This document shows, piece after piece, positions 11,553 to 20,843 of a stretch of 64,000 bases of DNA; within the stretch, counting starts at the first letter, position 1, and each line of letters starts with the position of its first letter. The notes under the pieces were generated by a model. That model did no database searches. It was not told the DNA's origin and saw nothing but the letters and a program-made list of their open reading frames with translations. The DNA lies in assembly GCA_965215605.1 (NCBI GenBank), contig OZ244070.1:2368001-2432000 (forward strand). Reading direction: 5' to 3'. Source of the DNA: an uncultured Candidatus Binatia bacterium (GTDB lineage Bacteria > Desulfobacterota > Binatia > UBA9968 > JAJDTQ01). The translations under genes and the position numbers were made by a program.

Positions 11553-12578
11553 ATGAACAACGTGGAATCGAGGTACGCTGAACTCGCGGAAAAGTCCCTC
11601 GCCGGGGAGCTCCTGTCGCCCGCGGAAATGAAGTCCGTCATCGACGGCGCCGATGAGAGGTTGCCTGAGTTGCTCGAGGCCGCGTTCCGCGTCCGCTACC
11701 ACTACTACGGGAAGAAAGTCCAGATCCACGTCCTGATGAACGCCAAGAGCGGGCTCTGTCCCGAGGACTGCGGCTACTGCTCCCAGTCGTCGGTTTCCGA
11801 CGCCGAGATCGACAAGTACCCGTTCGTCGCCAAGGAGGATCTGGTCAACGCCGCGGTCAGGGCCAGGGAGGCGGGCGCCATGCGCTTCTGCCTGGTCAAC
11901 AGCGGCCGCGGCCCCACGCTCAAGGAAACCGAGAAGATGGCCGAGGCCGTGGCCGAGATCAAGAGCAAGGTTCCCATCAACATCTGCGCGTGCATGGGAC
12001 TGCTCACGGAGTCCAAGGCGCGGATCCTCAAGGACGCCGGCGTCGAGCGCATCAACCACAACCTCAACACCAGCAGCCGCTACCACCCGGAGGTGGTCTC
12101 CACCCACACGTACGACGACCGTGTGGCGACGCTGGAGAGCGTCAAGGCCGCGGGGCTTTCCACCTGCTGCGGCGGCATCGTCGGCCTCGGCGAGCAGGAC
12201 GACGACGTCATGGACCTGGCCGTGTCGTTGCGGGAGCTGGACGTGGATTCCATCCCGGTCAATTTCCTGCACGCCATCCCCGGGACCCCCATGGAGGGGC
12301 GCTCGAACCTGACGCCGCAATACTGTCTGAAGGTCCTGTGCCTGTTCCGGTTCGTCAACCCGAGCAAGGAGATCCGCGTGGCCGGCGGGCGGGAGGTCAA
12401 CCTGCGCTCCCTGCAGCCGCTGAGCCTCTACCCGGCCAACTCCATTTTCGTCAACGGCTACCTGACCACATCGGGTCAGGCCGCCACCGACGCCCACCGG
12501 ATGATCGAGGATCTGGGGTTCGAGATCGAGACCTCGGAAGAGGACCAGCTTCCCGAACAGCAGAGCATCGCGCAATAG
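11553..12578 (+). CDS. bioB: Biotin synthase (radical SAM)
   Basis: [47 protein letters not shown]. Confidence 0.95.
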   Translation: MNNVESRYAELAEKSLAGELLSPAEMKSVIDGADERLPELLEAAFRVRYHYYGKKVQIHVLMNAKSGLCPEDCGYCSQSSVSDAEIDKYPFVAKEDLVNAAVRAREAGAMRFCLVNSGRGPTLKETEKMAEAVAEIKSKVPINICACMGLLTESKARILKDAGVERINHNLNTSSRYHPEVVSTHTYDDRVATLESVKAAGLSTCCGGIVGLGEQDDDVMDLAVSLRELDVDSIPVNFLHAIPGTPMEGRSNLTPQYCLKVLCLFRFVNPSKEIRVAGGREVNLRSLQPLSLYPANSIFVNGYLTTSGQAATDAHRMIEDLGFEIETSEEDQLPEQQSIAQ

Positions 12579-12589
12579 GAGAAAGTGCC

Positions 12590-12796
12590 GTGGCACGAAT
12601 TACCGTCGAAGATTGCCTCGACGAGGTTACCAACCGCTTCAAGCTGGTGATGCTCGGCTCCCAGCGCGCCAAGCAACTCCTCAAGGGCGCCAAGCCCCTG
12701 GTGGACTCGGACAACCGCGAGATCGTCGTGGCCCTGCGGGAGATCGCTGCGGGAAAGGTCCGGGAATCGCCGCCCGAGACGACGGAAATCGAATAG
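12590..12796 (+). CDS. rpoZ: RNA polymerase omega subunit
   Basis: GTG start after AGGAG; [16 protein letters not shown]...RAKQL...[12 protein letters not shown]. Confidence 0.95.
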   Translation: MARITVEDCLDEVTNRFKLVMLGSQRAKQLLKGAKPLVDSDNREIVVALREIAAGKVRESPPETTEIE

Positions 12797-12990
12797 GCCA
12801 CGTCTTACCGGGAAGGCCCTTTGCCGCCGGTATAACGGCGAGCATGTGTCTTCAGAGGATCGGCTGTTCGGTCCGGCATCGACAAGCATCCCCTCTCCTG
12901 ATCTCTGCGAATCACGTTACTGGCCCGACCCGTGGACTGGTTGGAGGATAGCTCAGGCGTTGCAGCCTGACGCCGGGTTACGCCGCCGAT

Positions 12991-14019
12991 TCAGGTCCTC
13001 TGCGGCTCGATGATGACCTTCAGCGAATCCTTGGCATTGGCCACGAGTTGAAAGCCTTTTCCCGTCTCGGCGAGCGAAAGGCGGTGGGTGACGAGCTCAT
13101 CCACGTCGACCTTGCCACTTGCCAGCAACTCCACCGCATCCTCCAGGTCCCGCGGGCTCGCGCCGTAAGACGTCACCAGTCCGACCTCGTCGCGCCACAT
13201 TTCGTATAACGGCATGGGCACTTCGTGCCCCTCGGGCGGGGAGGCGAAGAAGAGCAGCCTGCCGCCGCGCTCGACGCTCTGGAACGCCTGCCGGATCGCC
13301 GGAGCGGCTCCGGTGCAAACGATCACGAGGTCGGCCAGCCGTCCGCTGCAGGCTTCCCGGAGCCGCGCCGGGACGTCGTCCGTCGCGTGGAAAGTGTGGC
13401 TGGCCCCCAGGGACCGCGCCAGGCGCAGCCGGTCTTCGTTGATGTCGGTAGCCGCCAGGGTGCTGGCGCCGCGGCTCCGGGCCACCTGGACGTGCAGCAG
13501 GCCGGCGATGCCGGCGCCGATGACAAGCACGTTCTCCTGCATGGGCGCGCGGGCGTGGTCCTGCGCCCGGACCACGCAACCCAGCGGCTCGACGAAAGAG
13601 CCCTGTACGAAGGAAAGCGAGTCGGGAAGCAGGAAGGTGCCGGAATCCACGTTGACCCTGGGCAGCCGCAGGTACTCGGCGAAGCCGCCGGGATCGAAGT
13701 GGGTCTCGCGCATGAGCTGACATACCGAGGCGTGCCCGGAGCGGCAGTGGTGGCAGTCGTTGCATGGCACGTGGTGGGTGGTGACGATGCGGTCGCCGGG
13801 CGCGAAACCGGTTACGCCGGCGCCCACCTCGGTCACCTCGCCGGTGACTTCGTGTCCGAGCACCTTGGGCGCCTGCTTGCGCCGGTACCATTCCAGCACG
13901 TCGGTGCCGCAGATGCCGCTGGCCTGCACCCGCATCAGCAACTCGCCCGGACCGGCCTTGGGAACCGGCAGTTCCTCCAACCGGACGTCATCGTTGCTGT
14001 AATACATGGCGACGCGCAT
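12991..14019 (-). CDS. Zn-dependent (MDR) alcohol/polyol dehydrogenase
   Basis: GICGTD, GHEVTG, CNDCHHC, GAGIAG; start MRVAMYY. Confidence 0.9.
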   Translation of the reverse strand: MRVAMYYSNDDVRLEELPVPKAGPGELLMRVQASGICGTDVLEWYRRKQAPKVLGHEVTGEVTEVGAGVTGFAPGDRIVTTHHVPCNDCHHCRSGHASVCQLMRETHFDPGGFAEYLRLPRVNVDSGTFLLPDSLSFVQGSFVEPLGCVVRAQDHARAPMQENVLVIGAGIAGLLHVQVARSRGASTLAATDINEDRLRLARSLGASHTFHATDDVPARLREACSGRLADLVIVCTGAAPAIRQAFQSVERGGRLLFFASPPEGHEVPMPLYEMWRDEVGLVTSYGASPRDLEDAVELLASGKVDVDELVTHRLSLAETGKGFQLVANAKDSLKVIIEPQRT

Positions 14020-14037
14020 GGCTGGTTCCTGAACTAC

Positions 14038-14066
14038 CGTCATTCCCGCGAAAGCGGGAATCCAGG
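14038..14066 (+). repeat. CGTC-type REP-like palindrome
   Basis: CGTCATTCCCGCGAAAGCGGGAATCCAGG hairpin in the intergenic gap. Confidence 0.7.
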
Positions 14067-14095
14067 GGCGAGAAGGGGCGAGGTTTCTGTACCGG

Positions 14096-14899
14096 CTATC
14101 CGGCCGCCCGCTCCGCCGCCGACGGTCTCGACGCTTCGTAGATCTGGTAGGCGTCCTCGACGGAGGCGCCGCCGTGGACAATGGCCCGCACCGCCTGGAT
14201 CATCCCCGCGGGGCTGTCGGACTGGAAGATGTTCCGGCCCATGTCGACGCCCACCGCGCCGTGGTCTACGGCGTCGCGGGTGAGCTCCAGGGCTTCCATC
14301 TCCGGGGTCTTCTTGCCGCCGGCCACGATCACGGGGATCGGGCAACTGTTGACCACGTTCTCGAAGTTCTCGCAGTAGTAGGTCTTGACGAAGTGCGCGC
14401 CCATCTCGGCGGCGATGCGGCACGCCAGACCCAGATAGCGCTCGTTCCGGGCCATGTCTTTGCCCACGGCGGTGACAGCAAGCACGGGGATGCCGTACCT
14501 CTCGCCCTCGTCCACCAGCCTGGCCATGCTCACCAGGGTCTCCTTCTCGAACTCGGAGCCCACGAAGATGGACAGCGCCATGGCGGAGACGTTGAGCCGG
14601 ATGGCGTCCTCGATGGACACGGTAATGTCCTCGTTGGAGAGTTCCTTCAGGATGCTGGTGCCGCCGGACACGCGCAGCACCACCGGCGCCTGCATGTTGG
14701 CGTCCACCGCGTTCCGCAGCACGCCGCGGGTGAGCATGATGGCGTCGGCATGGGGCAGCAGCGGCTCGATGGTCTCCCGCGGTTGCTCCAGCCCGCTCGT
14801 CGGTCCCAGGAAGTAGCCGTGGTCCACCGCCAGCATCACGCAACGCCCGTCCGCCGGCTGGATGATGCGCGCCATTCTGTTTTCCATACCCCAGTGCAT
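14096..14899 (-). CDS. lsrF: LsrF-like class I aldolase/thiolase (DeoC/LacD/FbaB family)
   Basis: MHWGMENRM, MLAVDHGYFLGPT, LAVTAVG, VKTYY, AGGKK, GVDMGRNIFQ. Confidence 0.82.
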   Translation of the reverse strand: MHWGMENRMARIIQPADGRCVMLAVDHGYFLGPTSGLEQPRETIEPLLPHADAIMLTRGVLRNAVDANMQAPVVLRVSGGTSILKELSNEDITVSIEDAIRLNVSAMALSIFVGSEFEKETLVSMARLVDEGERYGIPVLAVTAVGKDMARNERYLGLACRIAAEMGAHFVKTYYCENFENVVNSCPIPVIVAGGKKTPEMEALELTRDAVDHGAVGVDMGRNIFQSDSPAGMIQAVRAIVHGGASVEDAYQIYEASRPSAAERAAG

Positions 14900-15093
14900 A
14901 AAGGCCTCCCTGCGTTTTCAAGGCTGTTTGCGTCTCCCGCGAGACAGGAACAGACATTAACACATACTCGATCCGCCTGCGAGTCTGCGCGCTCTCACCG
15001 GGGCCTCTGCCAACCCGTCATCCCGCATTCCGACCCCGTCACCACGCCACCCTCAAGTTGACACCCATGAGGCTATCGGCTAGGCAGGCTTCC

Positions 15094-15945
15094 ATGACCG
15101 ATCTCCCCGAGGGCGTGAGCCGGCACTACGTTCAGGTGGGCCAGATACGCACCCATTATCTTGAGGCGGGCGTCGGCCGCGGCCCCACCGTGGTGCTGAT
15201 CCACAGCGGCGAGTTCGGCGGCCGGGCGGAGTTCAGTTGGCGCGACAACATCGCGCAGCTCGGCGAACATTTCCACGTCTACGCGCCGGACCTGGCCGGC
15301 TTCGGCCGCACCGATCTCGTCTACAGCTTCAGCGATGCGCTGGGGTTCCGGCTCAAGCACGTCGACGCGTTCCTTCGGACCCTGTGCCTCGGCCCGGTAC
15401 ACCTCATCGGCAACTCCTTCGGCGGCGGCTTCTGCCTGCAGATGGCGACGGACCCGCGCTTTGAGGTGGCCTCGGTGATCGCCGTGAGCGGCGGCGGCAA
15501 GGCGCCGGACAACGACGAGCGCAAGGTGCTCACCGGTTACACCGGCGAGCGGGAGCAGATGCGCGAGATCCTGAAAGTGTGCTTCTACGACGAGCGCTGG
15601 TGGGCCGACGAGGTGGTGGAGGAACGCTGGCAGGCCAGCCTGGAACCGGGCGTGTGGGAAGCCTGCGCGGCCGCCCGCCTGGCGCCCTCGGGACCGCCCC
15701 GTGGCTTCCGCCCGGTGCGGCCCGACTACGGCAGCATCCGTTGTCCGGTGCTGATCGTGGCCGGTGACCGGGATCCGTTGCGGTTTCCGACCTACGCCGC
15801 CGATCTGCAGAGCGAGATACCCGGATCCGAAGTGAAGGTGTTCGAGAACTCGCGGCACTGCTCCCACGCGGAGCATCCGGAGGAGTTCAACGCTTTGGCC
15901 ATCGACTCCATCCAGCGGCACGCGGGGGAGGATCAGGGTTCATGA
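15094..15945 (+). CDS. Alpha/beta hydrolase (meta-cleavage-product hydrolase-like)
   Basis: APDLAGFG, GNSFGG nucleophile elbow, G.RD, H..HAEHP. Confidence 0.85.
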   Translation: MTDLPEGVSRHYVQVGQIRTHYLEAGVGRGPTVVLIHSGEFGGRAEFSWRDNIAQLGEHFHVYAPDLAGFGRTDLVYSFSDALGFRLKHVDAFLRTLCLGPVHLIGNSFGGGFCLQMATDPRFEVASVIAVSGGGKAPDNDERKVLTGYTGEREQMREILKVCFYDERWWADEVVEERWQASLEPGVWEACAAARLAPSGPPRGFRPVRPDYGSIRCPVLIVAGDRDPLRFPTYAADLQSEIPGSEVKVFENSRHCSHAEHPEEFNALAIDSIQRHAGEDQGS

Positions 15946-16733
15946 CGTGGGTTTCCGAGACCATGGAGGTCGACGGCGTAAAGCTGGGCGTCCGCCGGCG
16001 CGGGGACGGTGCTCCGCGGGTGATCTTGTACGGTGACCAGCTCGACACGCAAGTACCGCCTTTCGACGACGCCATGGCGAGGCGTTGCCGGGTGCTGGCG
16101 CCGTCGCTGCCGGGCGTGAACCAGTCGGAACTGCCCGACTGGATCGACACCATGGAAGACCTGGCCTTCCTGGGGCTTGACTTGCTCGAGGGTCTGGATG
16201 CCGGCCCCGTGGACGTCATCGGCCACGGCTTCGGCGGATGGGTGGCGGCGGAGATGGCGGTGCGCGCGCACCAGCAGATCCGGCGCCTGGCGTTGATCGA
16301 TTCGGTGGGCATCAAGGTTTCCGCCGCCACCGTGCGCGACGTTCAGGACCTCTATGTCTACACGGCCGAGGAAGTCGCCGAGTTGGCGTGGCACGATCCG
16401 GCGGCGGCCCAGGCGCTCAAGTGGCCGGGCCGGGAAGACGTGGAGGGCGAGGTGCTGCTGGCGCTGCTGCGCAACCGCCAGTCGGTGCTGAAGTTTGCCT
16501 GGCGTCCCTTCATGTACAATCCCAAGCTCCCGCGGCGGCTGGCCCGGGTGCGGGTGCCGACCCACTTGTTCTGGGGCGCGAGCGACCGGGTAGTGACCCC
16601 GGACTACGGGCGCGCGCTCCAGCAGGCCATTCCCGGCGCCGGCTTCACGGCCATACCCGACGCGGGCCACTACCCGCATTGGGAGCGGCCTGCGGCGCTG
16701 GCCCAAGCGGTCGCGAAGTTCCTGGAGAGCTAG
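15942..16733 (+). CDS. Alpha/beta hydrolase fold protein lacking nucleophile Ser
   Basis: GHGFGG elbow, WGASDRVV, AGHYPHWE; ATGA overlap with the upstream gene. Confidence 0.8.
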   Translation: MTWVSETMEVDGVKLGVRRRGDGAPRVILYGDQLDTQVPPFDDAMARRCRVLAPSLPGVNQSELPDWIDTMEDLAFLGLDLLEGLDAGPVDVIGHGFGGWVAAEMAVRAHQQIRRLALIDSVGIKVSAATVRDVQDLYVYTAEEVAELAWHDPAAAQALKWPGREDVEGEVLLALLRNRQSVLKFAWRPFMYNPKLPRRLARVRVPTHLFWGASDRVVTPDYGRALQQAIPGAGFTAIPDAGHYPHWERPAALAQAVAKFLES

Positions 16734-16753
16734 AGAAACAGGAGGACCAGGAT

Positions 16754-17875
16754 ATGCTGGCCTATCACTTCACCGAAATGCCGTATCCGTTTCTCCCGGA
16801 CGACGCGGAGGAAACGTACGGGGCCATGCGCGTGACCTTGCCCAGCCGCTATTGCGACCCCAAGATCGCCCACGAGCTCTACAACCGATACCTCGACGAG
16901 TACGAGTACGCCGACGAACTGGGCCTGGAGATCATGCTCAACGAGCACCACGCCACCGCCACCTGCATGGCGGCCAACGTCTCCATCACCGCCGGCACTC
17001 TGGTGCGGCGCACCAAGCGCGCCAGGATCCTGGTGCTGGGCTTCCCGCTGGCCCACCGAAGCCCCATCCAGGTGGCTGAGGACGCCGCCATGCTGGATGT
17101 CATTTCGGGCGGCCGCCTGATTGCCGGCTTCGTCCGGGGCGTCGGGACCGAGATCCATCCCGCCAACACCAACCCCTCCGACACCCGGGAACGGATGCAG
17201 GAGGCCCACGACCTCATCATCAAGGCGTGGAAGACCCAGGACGTGTTCAACTGGGAGGGCAAGCACTACCACTACCGCTACGTGAACCCGTGGCCGCGGC
17301 CCTACCAGCAGCCCCACCCCCCCATCTGGATCACCGGCAGCCAGCCGGCGGCGGTGCCTTGGGTGGCCGACCACGACTATACCCTGGCCACGGTGCTCAC
17401 CTCCTACGAACAGACCGAAGCCCTCTTCACCGCCTACCGCAAGCGCTGCGAGGAGATGAACTACCCCGAGCCCGGCTCCGAAAAGTTCGCCTACTGCGCC
17501 CTGACCTTCACCGGCGAGACCGACAAGAAGGCCGAGGAGGGCGGCCGCAAGCTCCTCTGGTACCTCAACAAGCGCCGCCCCGTGGGCTTCTTCGCCCCAC
17601 CGGGCTTCGTGCCCCCCCAGGGCCTCACCCGCTTCTTCGACATCAAGGGCATGGCGCGCTACAACCGCACCTACGAGGACCTCATCGACCAGGGCGTCAT
17701 CATCGCCGGCACCCCCAAGAAGGTCATCGAGAAGGTCAAGTACCTCCACGACCGCTGCGGCGTCGGCCACCTCCTCATGATGAACCAGGCCGGCTTCATG
17801 ACCCACGAGGAAACCAAGCGGAGCATGGAGCTGTTCGCCACGGAGGTTTATCCGGAGTTGAAGACGTGGCAGTGA
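16754..17875 (+). CDS. LLM-class flavin-dependent oxidoreductase (luciferase-like monooxygenase)
   Basis: GGAGG SD, ATG 16754; NEHH, AMLDVISGGRL, PRPYQQPHPPIW. Confidence 0.92.
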   Translation: MLAYHFTEMPYPFLPDDAEETYGAMRVTLPSRYCDPKIAHELYNRYLDEYEYADELGLEIMLNEHHATATCMAANVSITAGTLVRRTKRARILVLGFPLAHRSPIQVAEDAAMLDVISGGRLIAGFVRGVGTEIHPANTNPSDTRERMQEAHDLIIKAWKTQDVFNWEGKHYHYRYVNPWPRPYQQPHPPIWITGSQPAAVPWVADHDYTLATVLTSYEQTEALFTAYRKRCEEMNYPEPGSEKFAYCALTFTGETDKKAEEGGRKLLWYLNKRRPVGFFAPPGFVPPQGLTRFFDIKGMARYNRTYEDLIDQGVIIAGTPKKVIEKVKYLHDRCGVGHLLMMNQAGFMTHEETKRSMELFATEVYPELKTWQ

Positions 17876-17954
17876 GACAAGCTAACCTCCGCCTAAATTT
17901 CGTAGGTTAGGAGTTTATTCTCCGCGGCCGTCCTGCATTAGATTGCACCCCATC

Positions 17955-17978
17955 TAGGGTTGTCGATTGACAACCCTA
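17955..17978. promoter_or_regulatory. Perfect 10-bp inverted repeat, putative autorepression operator
   Basis: TAGGGTTGTC-gatt-GACAACCCTA upstream of the HicB-like gene. Confidence 0.6.
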
Positions 17979-18001
17979 TTTGAGGCGACTATGCAGTGGC
18001 C

Positions 18002-18525
18002 ATGACTGACAAGCCCTTCGAGTTCGATCTGGTGTGCGCACTGCCGGAGGGGACGGACGAGGGAGCCATCCTCGATGCCCTCTACGAAGCCGGGTGCGAT
18101 GATGCAGCCGTTGGTCTTGGTGCGACGGGCCTCATCGGATTGGGATTTACGCGTGAGGGACAGGACCCGGAGACCGTGATGAGGGACAGGACCCGGAGAC
18201 CTCTGAGACGGTGGAGCAGGTCATGACGGGCCTTCCCGAGGGCACGAAGCTTCGGGAGGTGAAGCCGGATCTCGTCAGCTTGGCGGATGTCGCCGCGCGG
18301 CTCAAGGTGACGCGGCAAGCCCTGCAGAAGCGGAAGATGCCACCCCCTTCTTTGGGCGGGTTGTATAGAGCATCGGAGATGCCCCCCTATCTGGACGCCG
18401 TCCCGGGGAAGCTGAGAGACGGTTTCCGCGCCGCTCAGGCATGGTTTGCCGCCGCCCCGGGCGCGCAACAGGTAAATGCCAGGATCAGTCTTGCGGAGGC
18501 CGGACGCCATGGAAGATCCCTTTAG
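18002..18525 (+). pseudogene. HicB-like/DNA-binding antitoxin gene frameshifted by a 20-nt duplication
   Basis: N-half LYEAGCDDAAVG..GFTREG, C-half PDLVSLADVAARLKVTRQAL (HTH); removing 18181-18200 rejoins the frames. Confidence 0.7.
18154..18201 (+). repeat. 22-nt direct repeat TGAGGGACAGGACCCGGAGACC x2
   Basis: Copies at 18154-18175 and 18180-18201. Confidence 0.95.
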
Positions 18526-18597
18526 TTACACCGATGGGAAGACGACTTTGCTGAGAATTGGAGCCAAAGTCTACACTTCCTACTGAACGCCGGAGCA

Positions 18598-18633
18598 TTG
18601 CATTTGTCAGTTTACTTATTATATTTCTGACAA
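18598..18633 (+). promoter_or_regulatory. Promoter/operator of AbiE-type TA operon
   Basis: TTGCAT...TATATT overlapped by inverted repeat TTGTCAG (18604-18610) / CTGACAA (18627-18633). Confidence 0.5.
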
Positions 18634-18655
18634 CAAGTCGTTGCGAGAAACCATC

Positions 18656-19252
18656 ATGCTAAGCCTGTCCAAACAAATCATGAAGCACTCCGGCTCTCTT
18701 CGGGAGGGTACGCCGATTTGTGCTGGCGCGCTGCTTCATCTCGGCGGTCGCGCGGCGGTGGACCAGGCTCTCTCTCGCCTCGGGCGTTCCGGGAGGTTGA
18801 TGCGGATCTGCCAAGGGATCTACATGACACCGGTCGAAACCCGGTTCGGGCCGTGCGCGCCCAGCATCGACAAGGGGATTGAGGCACTCGCGGCCATGTG
18901 GGGCGAGACCATCGTCCCCTGCGGTGGTGCCACGGCGCATGTTCTCGGCCTCACCACCCAGATCCCGGTGCGGTCGGTCTATCTCACGTCCGGCCCCGAC
19001 CGCCGTTTGCGGTTCGGTAGTCTGGAAGTCGAACTGCGCCATGCCCCACGCTGGCAGCTCACGGCTCCCCGCCGCAGGGCCGGCGATGTTATCCGTGCCT
19101 TGGCCTGGCTTGGCCGGGCCGAGATCCGGGAGGGGCTGGAAGCTGTTCTGCCAAGCCTCTCTCGCGAGGACATCGACGAGCTTGCCGAGGCGCGGGCGAC
19201 CATGCCGCTTTGGATGGCGGAGCCGGTGAGCGCCCTAGTCACGTATGGCTGA
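18656..19252 (+). CDS. DUF6088 / AbiEi-like antitoxin of type IV TA system
   Basis: LGGRAAVDQALSRL..GRLMRICQGIY, LGLTTQIP, YLTSGP; overlaps the downstream toxin gene. Confidence 0.85.
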   Translation: MLSLSKQIMKHSGSLREGTPICAGALLHLGGRAAVDQALSRLGRSGRLMRICQGIYMTPVETRFGPCAPSIDKGIEALAAMWGETIVPCGGATAHVLGLTTQIPVRSVYLTSGPDRRLRFGSLEVELRHAPRWQLTAPRRRAGDVIRALAWLGRAEIREGLEAVLPSLSREDIDELAEARATMPLWMAEPVSALVTYG

Positions 19253-20261
19253 GGTATCATTCCAGTCCTTGGCGGTCCGCGACCGGCGGGAGGCACTGAG
19301 AGCGGCGCAGGAAGCGAGCGGGATGCGGGCCTTCCTCCTGGAGAAGGATATCTGGGTCGTCCAGACGTTGCGCGTCCTGTTCGACCTACCGTTCGGCGCC
19401 GACATCGTGTTCAAGGGCGGCACGTCGCTGGCAAAGGCCTACCAGGCAATTCGCCGCTTCTCCGAAGATCTCGACGTTACCTACGACATCCGCGCCTTCG
19501 CACCGGACCTCGTGACCGGCGCGGGCGCCGAGGCGCTGCCACCGACGCGAAGCCAGGAGCAACGCTGGAGCAGCGCCATCCGCTCGCGTCTTGCCGCATG
19601 GGTCCGGGGCGAGTGCCTCCCGGCGGTTGGCGAGTGCCTCGCGCGTGCGGGTTTCTCAGGTGAGGTCCGCGCCTCAAAAGATCGGCTGCTCGTTTGTTAT
19701 GAGTCGTTGTTCGACGACCCTGGATTCGTCAGGCCCGAAGTCATGGTTGAGTTTGGCGCGCGCGGGACGGGCGAACCGCACGAAGAGCGTCCGGTGACGT
19801 GTGACGCGGCGCCTCATCTTCCTGGTATCGTTCTGCCAACGGCTTCTCCGTCGGTCATGCTGGCCGAACGTACATTCTGGGAAAAGGCGACGGCCATTCA
19901 CGTGTTCTGCCGTCAGCAGCGCCGCCGGGGTGAGCGACTGTCCCGCCACTGGCACGACGTCGTACGGTTGGACGCGGCGGGATACGCCAACAACGCCCTC
20001 GCCGACCGCGAGCTCGCGTTGTCGGTGGCCCGCCACAAGGGGGCGTTCTTCCGCGAGAAGGACGTTGCGGGCCGGTGGATAGATTATAAGACCGCCGTTT
20101 CCGGCGGGCTGCAACTGGTCCCGGACGGCATTGCCCGGGAGGCGCTCGCGGAGGACTACGACCGGATGGTTTCAGACGGCATGCTGTTGGGCGATGCCGA
20201 ACCGTTCGATGCGCTCATTGAGCGTTGTCGCGACCTTGAGGCGAGGGCAAATCTGCGCTGA
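19245..20261 (+). CDS. AbiEii/AbiGii nucleotidyltransferase toxin
   Basis: LEKDIWV, FKGGTSLAKAY..IRRFSEDLD, ERTFWEK, SRHWHD. Confidence 0.92.
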   Translation: MAEVSFQSLAVRDRREALRAAQEASGMRAFLLEKDIWVVQTLRVLFDLPFGADIVFKGGTSLAKAYQAIRRFSEDLDVTYDIRAFAPDLVTGAGAEALPPTRSQEQRWSSAIRSRLAAWVRGECLPAVGECLARAGFSGEVRASKDRLLVCYESLFDDPGFVRPEVMVEFGARGTGEPHEERPVTCDAAPHLPGIVLPTASPSVMLAERTFWEKATAIHVFCRQQRRRGERLSRHWHDVVRLDAAGYANNALADRELALSVARHKGAFFREKDVAGRWIDYKTAVSGGLQLVPDGIAREALAEDYDRMVSDGMLLGDAEPFDALIERCRDLEARANLR

Positions 20262-20281
20262 ATCTGGACATGTTCTAGCGT

Positions 20282-20805
20282 TCATCCCATCAACGCCCCG
20301 AACCCCACCCCTGTCAAAATCGTGCCCGCTACGCCGAATCCCACGTAGGCGGCGAACACCTGCCAGCGTACCAGCGACCACACCGCCACCATGGACGGGA
20401 CGCAGGTCACGGCGCCGGCGACCATGAAGGCCAGGGCCGCGCCGGCGCTCATGCCCTGTTCCATGAGGCCGGCGACGAGGGCGGGCGCGGCATAGCCGTT
20501 GAGGTAGGCGGGCGTACCCACCAGGGCGCCGACTACGATGGGGCCGGCCCCGGGTCCCCCGACCAGTCCCGCGATCAACGCGGCCGGCACGTAGGTGACG
20601 AGGAGGGCCTGGACCAGGTAGGCAAACGCCAGCCATTTGACCAGGAACCGGGCCGCGGGCGATCGGCAGGCATCGACGCAACACTCTTCGAGCAGAAACG
20701 CGGCAAGCGCCTCGAGACGGCCGTAGGCGGCGCGGTTGATCACGGTCCGGCCCCGGCGCTCCTGCTCGACCAGCCCGCCGGCGGCAAGGAAGCCGAGATG
20801 GTGGG
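20282..20805 (-). pseudogene. Fused relic: ArsR C-terminal half joined in frame to the C-terminal part of an ArsP-like permease
   Basis: HHLGFLAAGGLVEQERRGRTVINRAAYGRLEALAAFLLEECCVDA then GTPAYLNGYAAPALVAGLMEQGMSAGAALAFMVAG; both N-termini are missing. Confidence 0.72.
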
Positions 20806-20843
20806 TTTGGTTCCCGGTCGGACTTGCGACGGTTGGTCGCCCT

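Noticed and set aside
12797-12990. 190-nt gap after rpoZ considered as 6S or another ncRNA
   Set aside because: No long end-to-end pairing or recognisable motif could be established by eye
18154-18201. Direct repeats as a mini CRISPR array
   Set aside because: Only two 22-nt copies with a 4-nt spacer, inside a gene, and no cas genes
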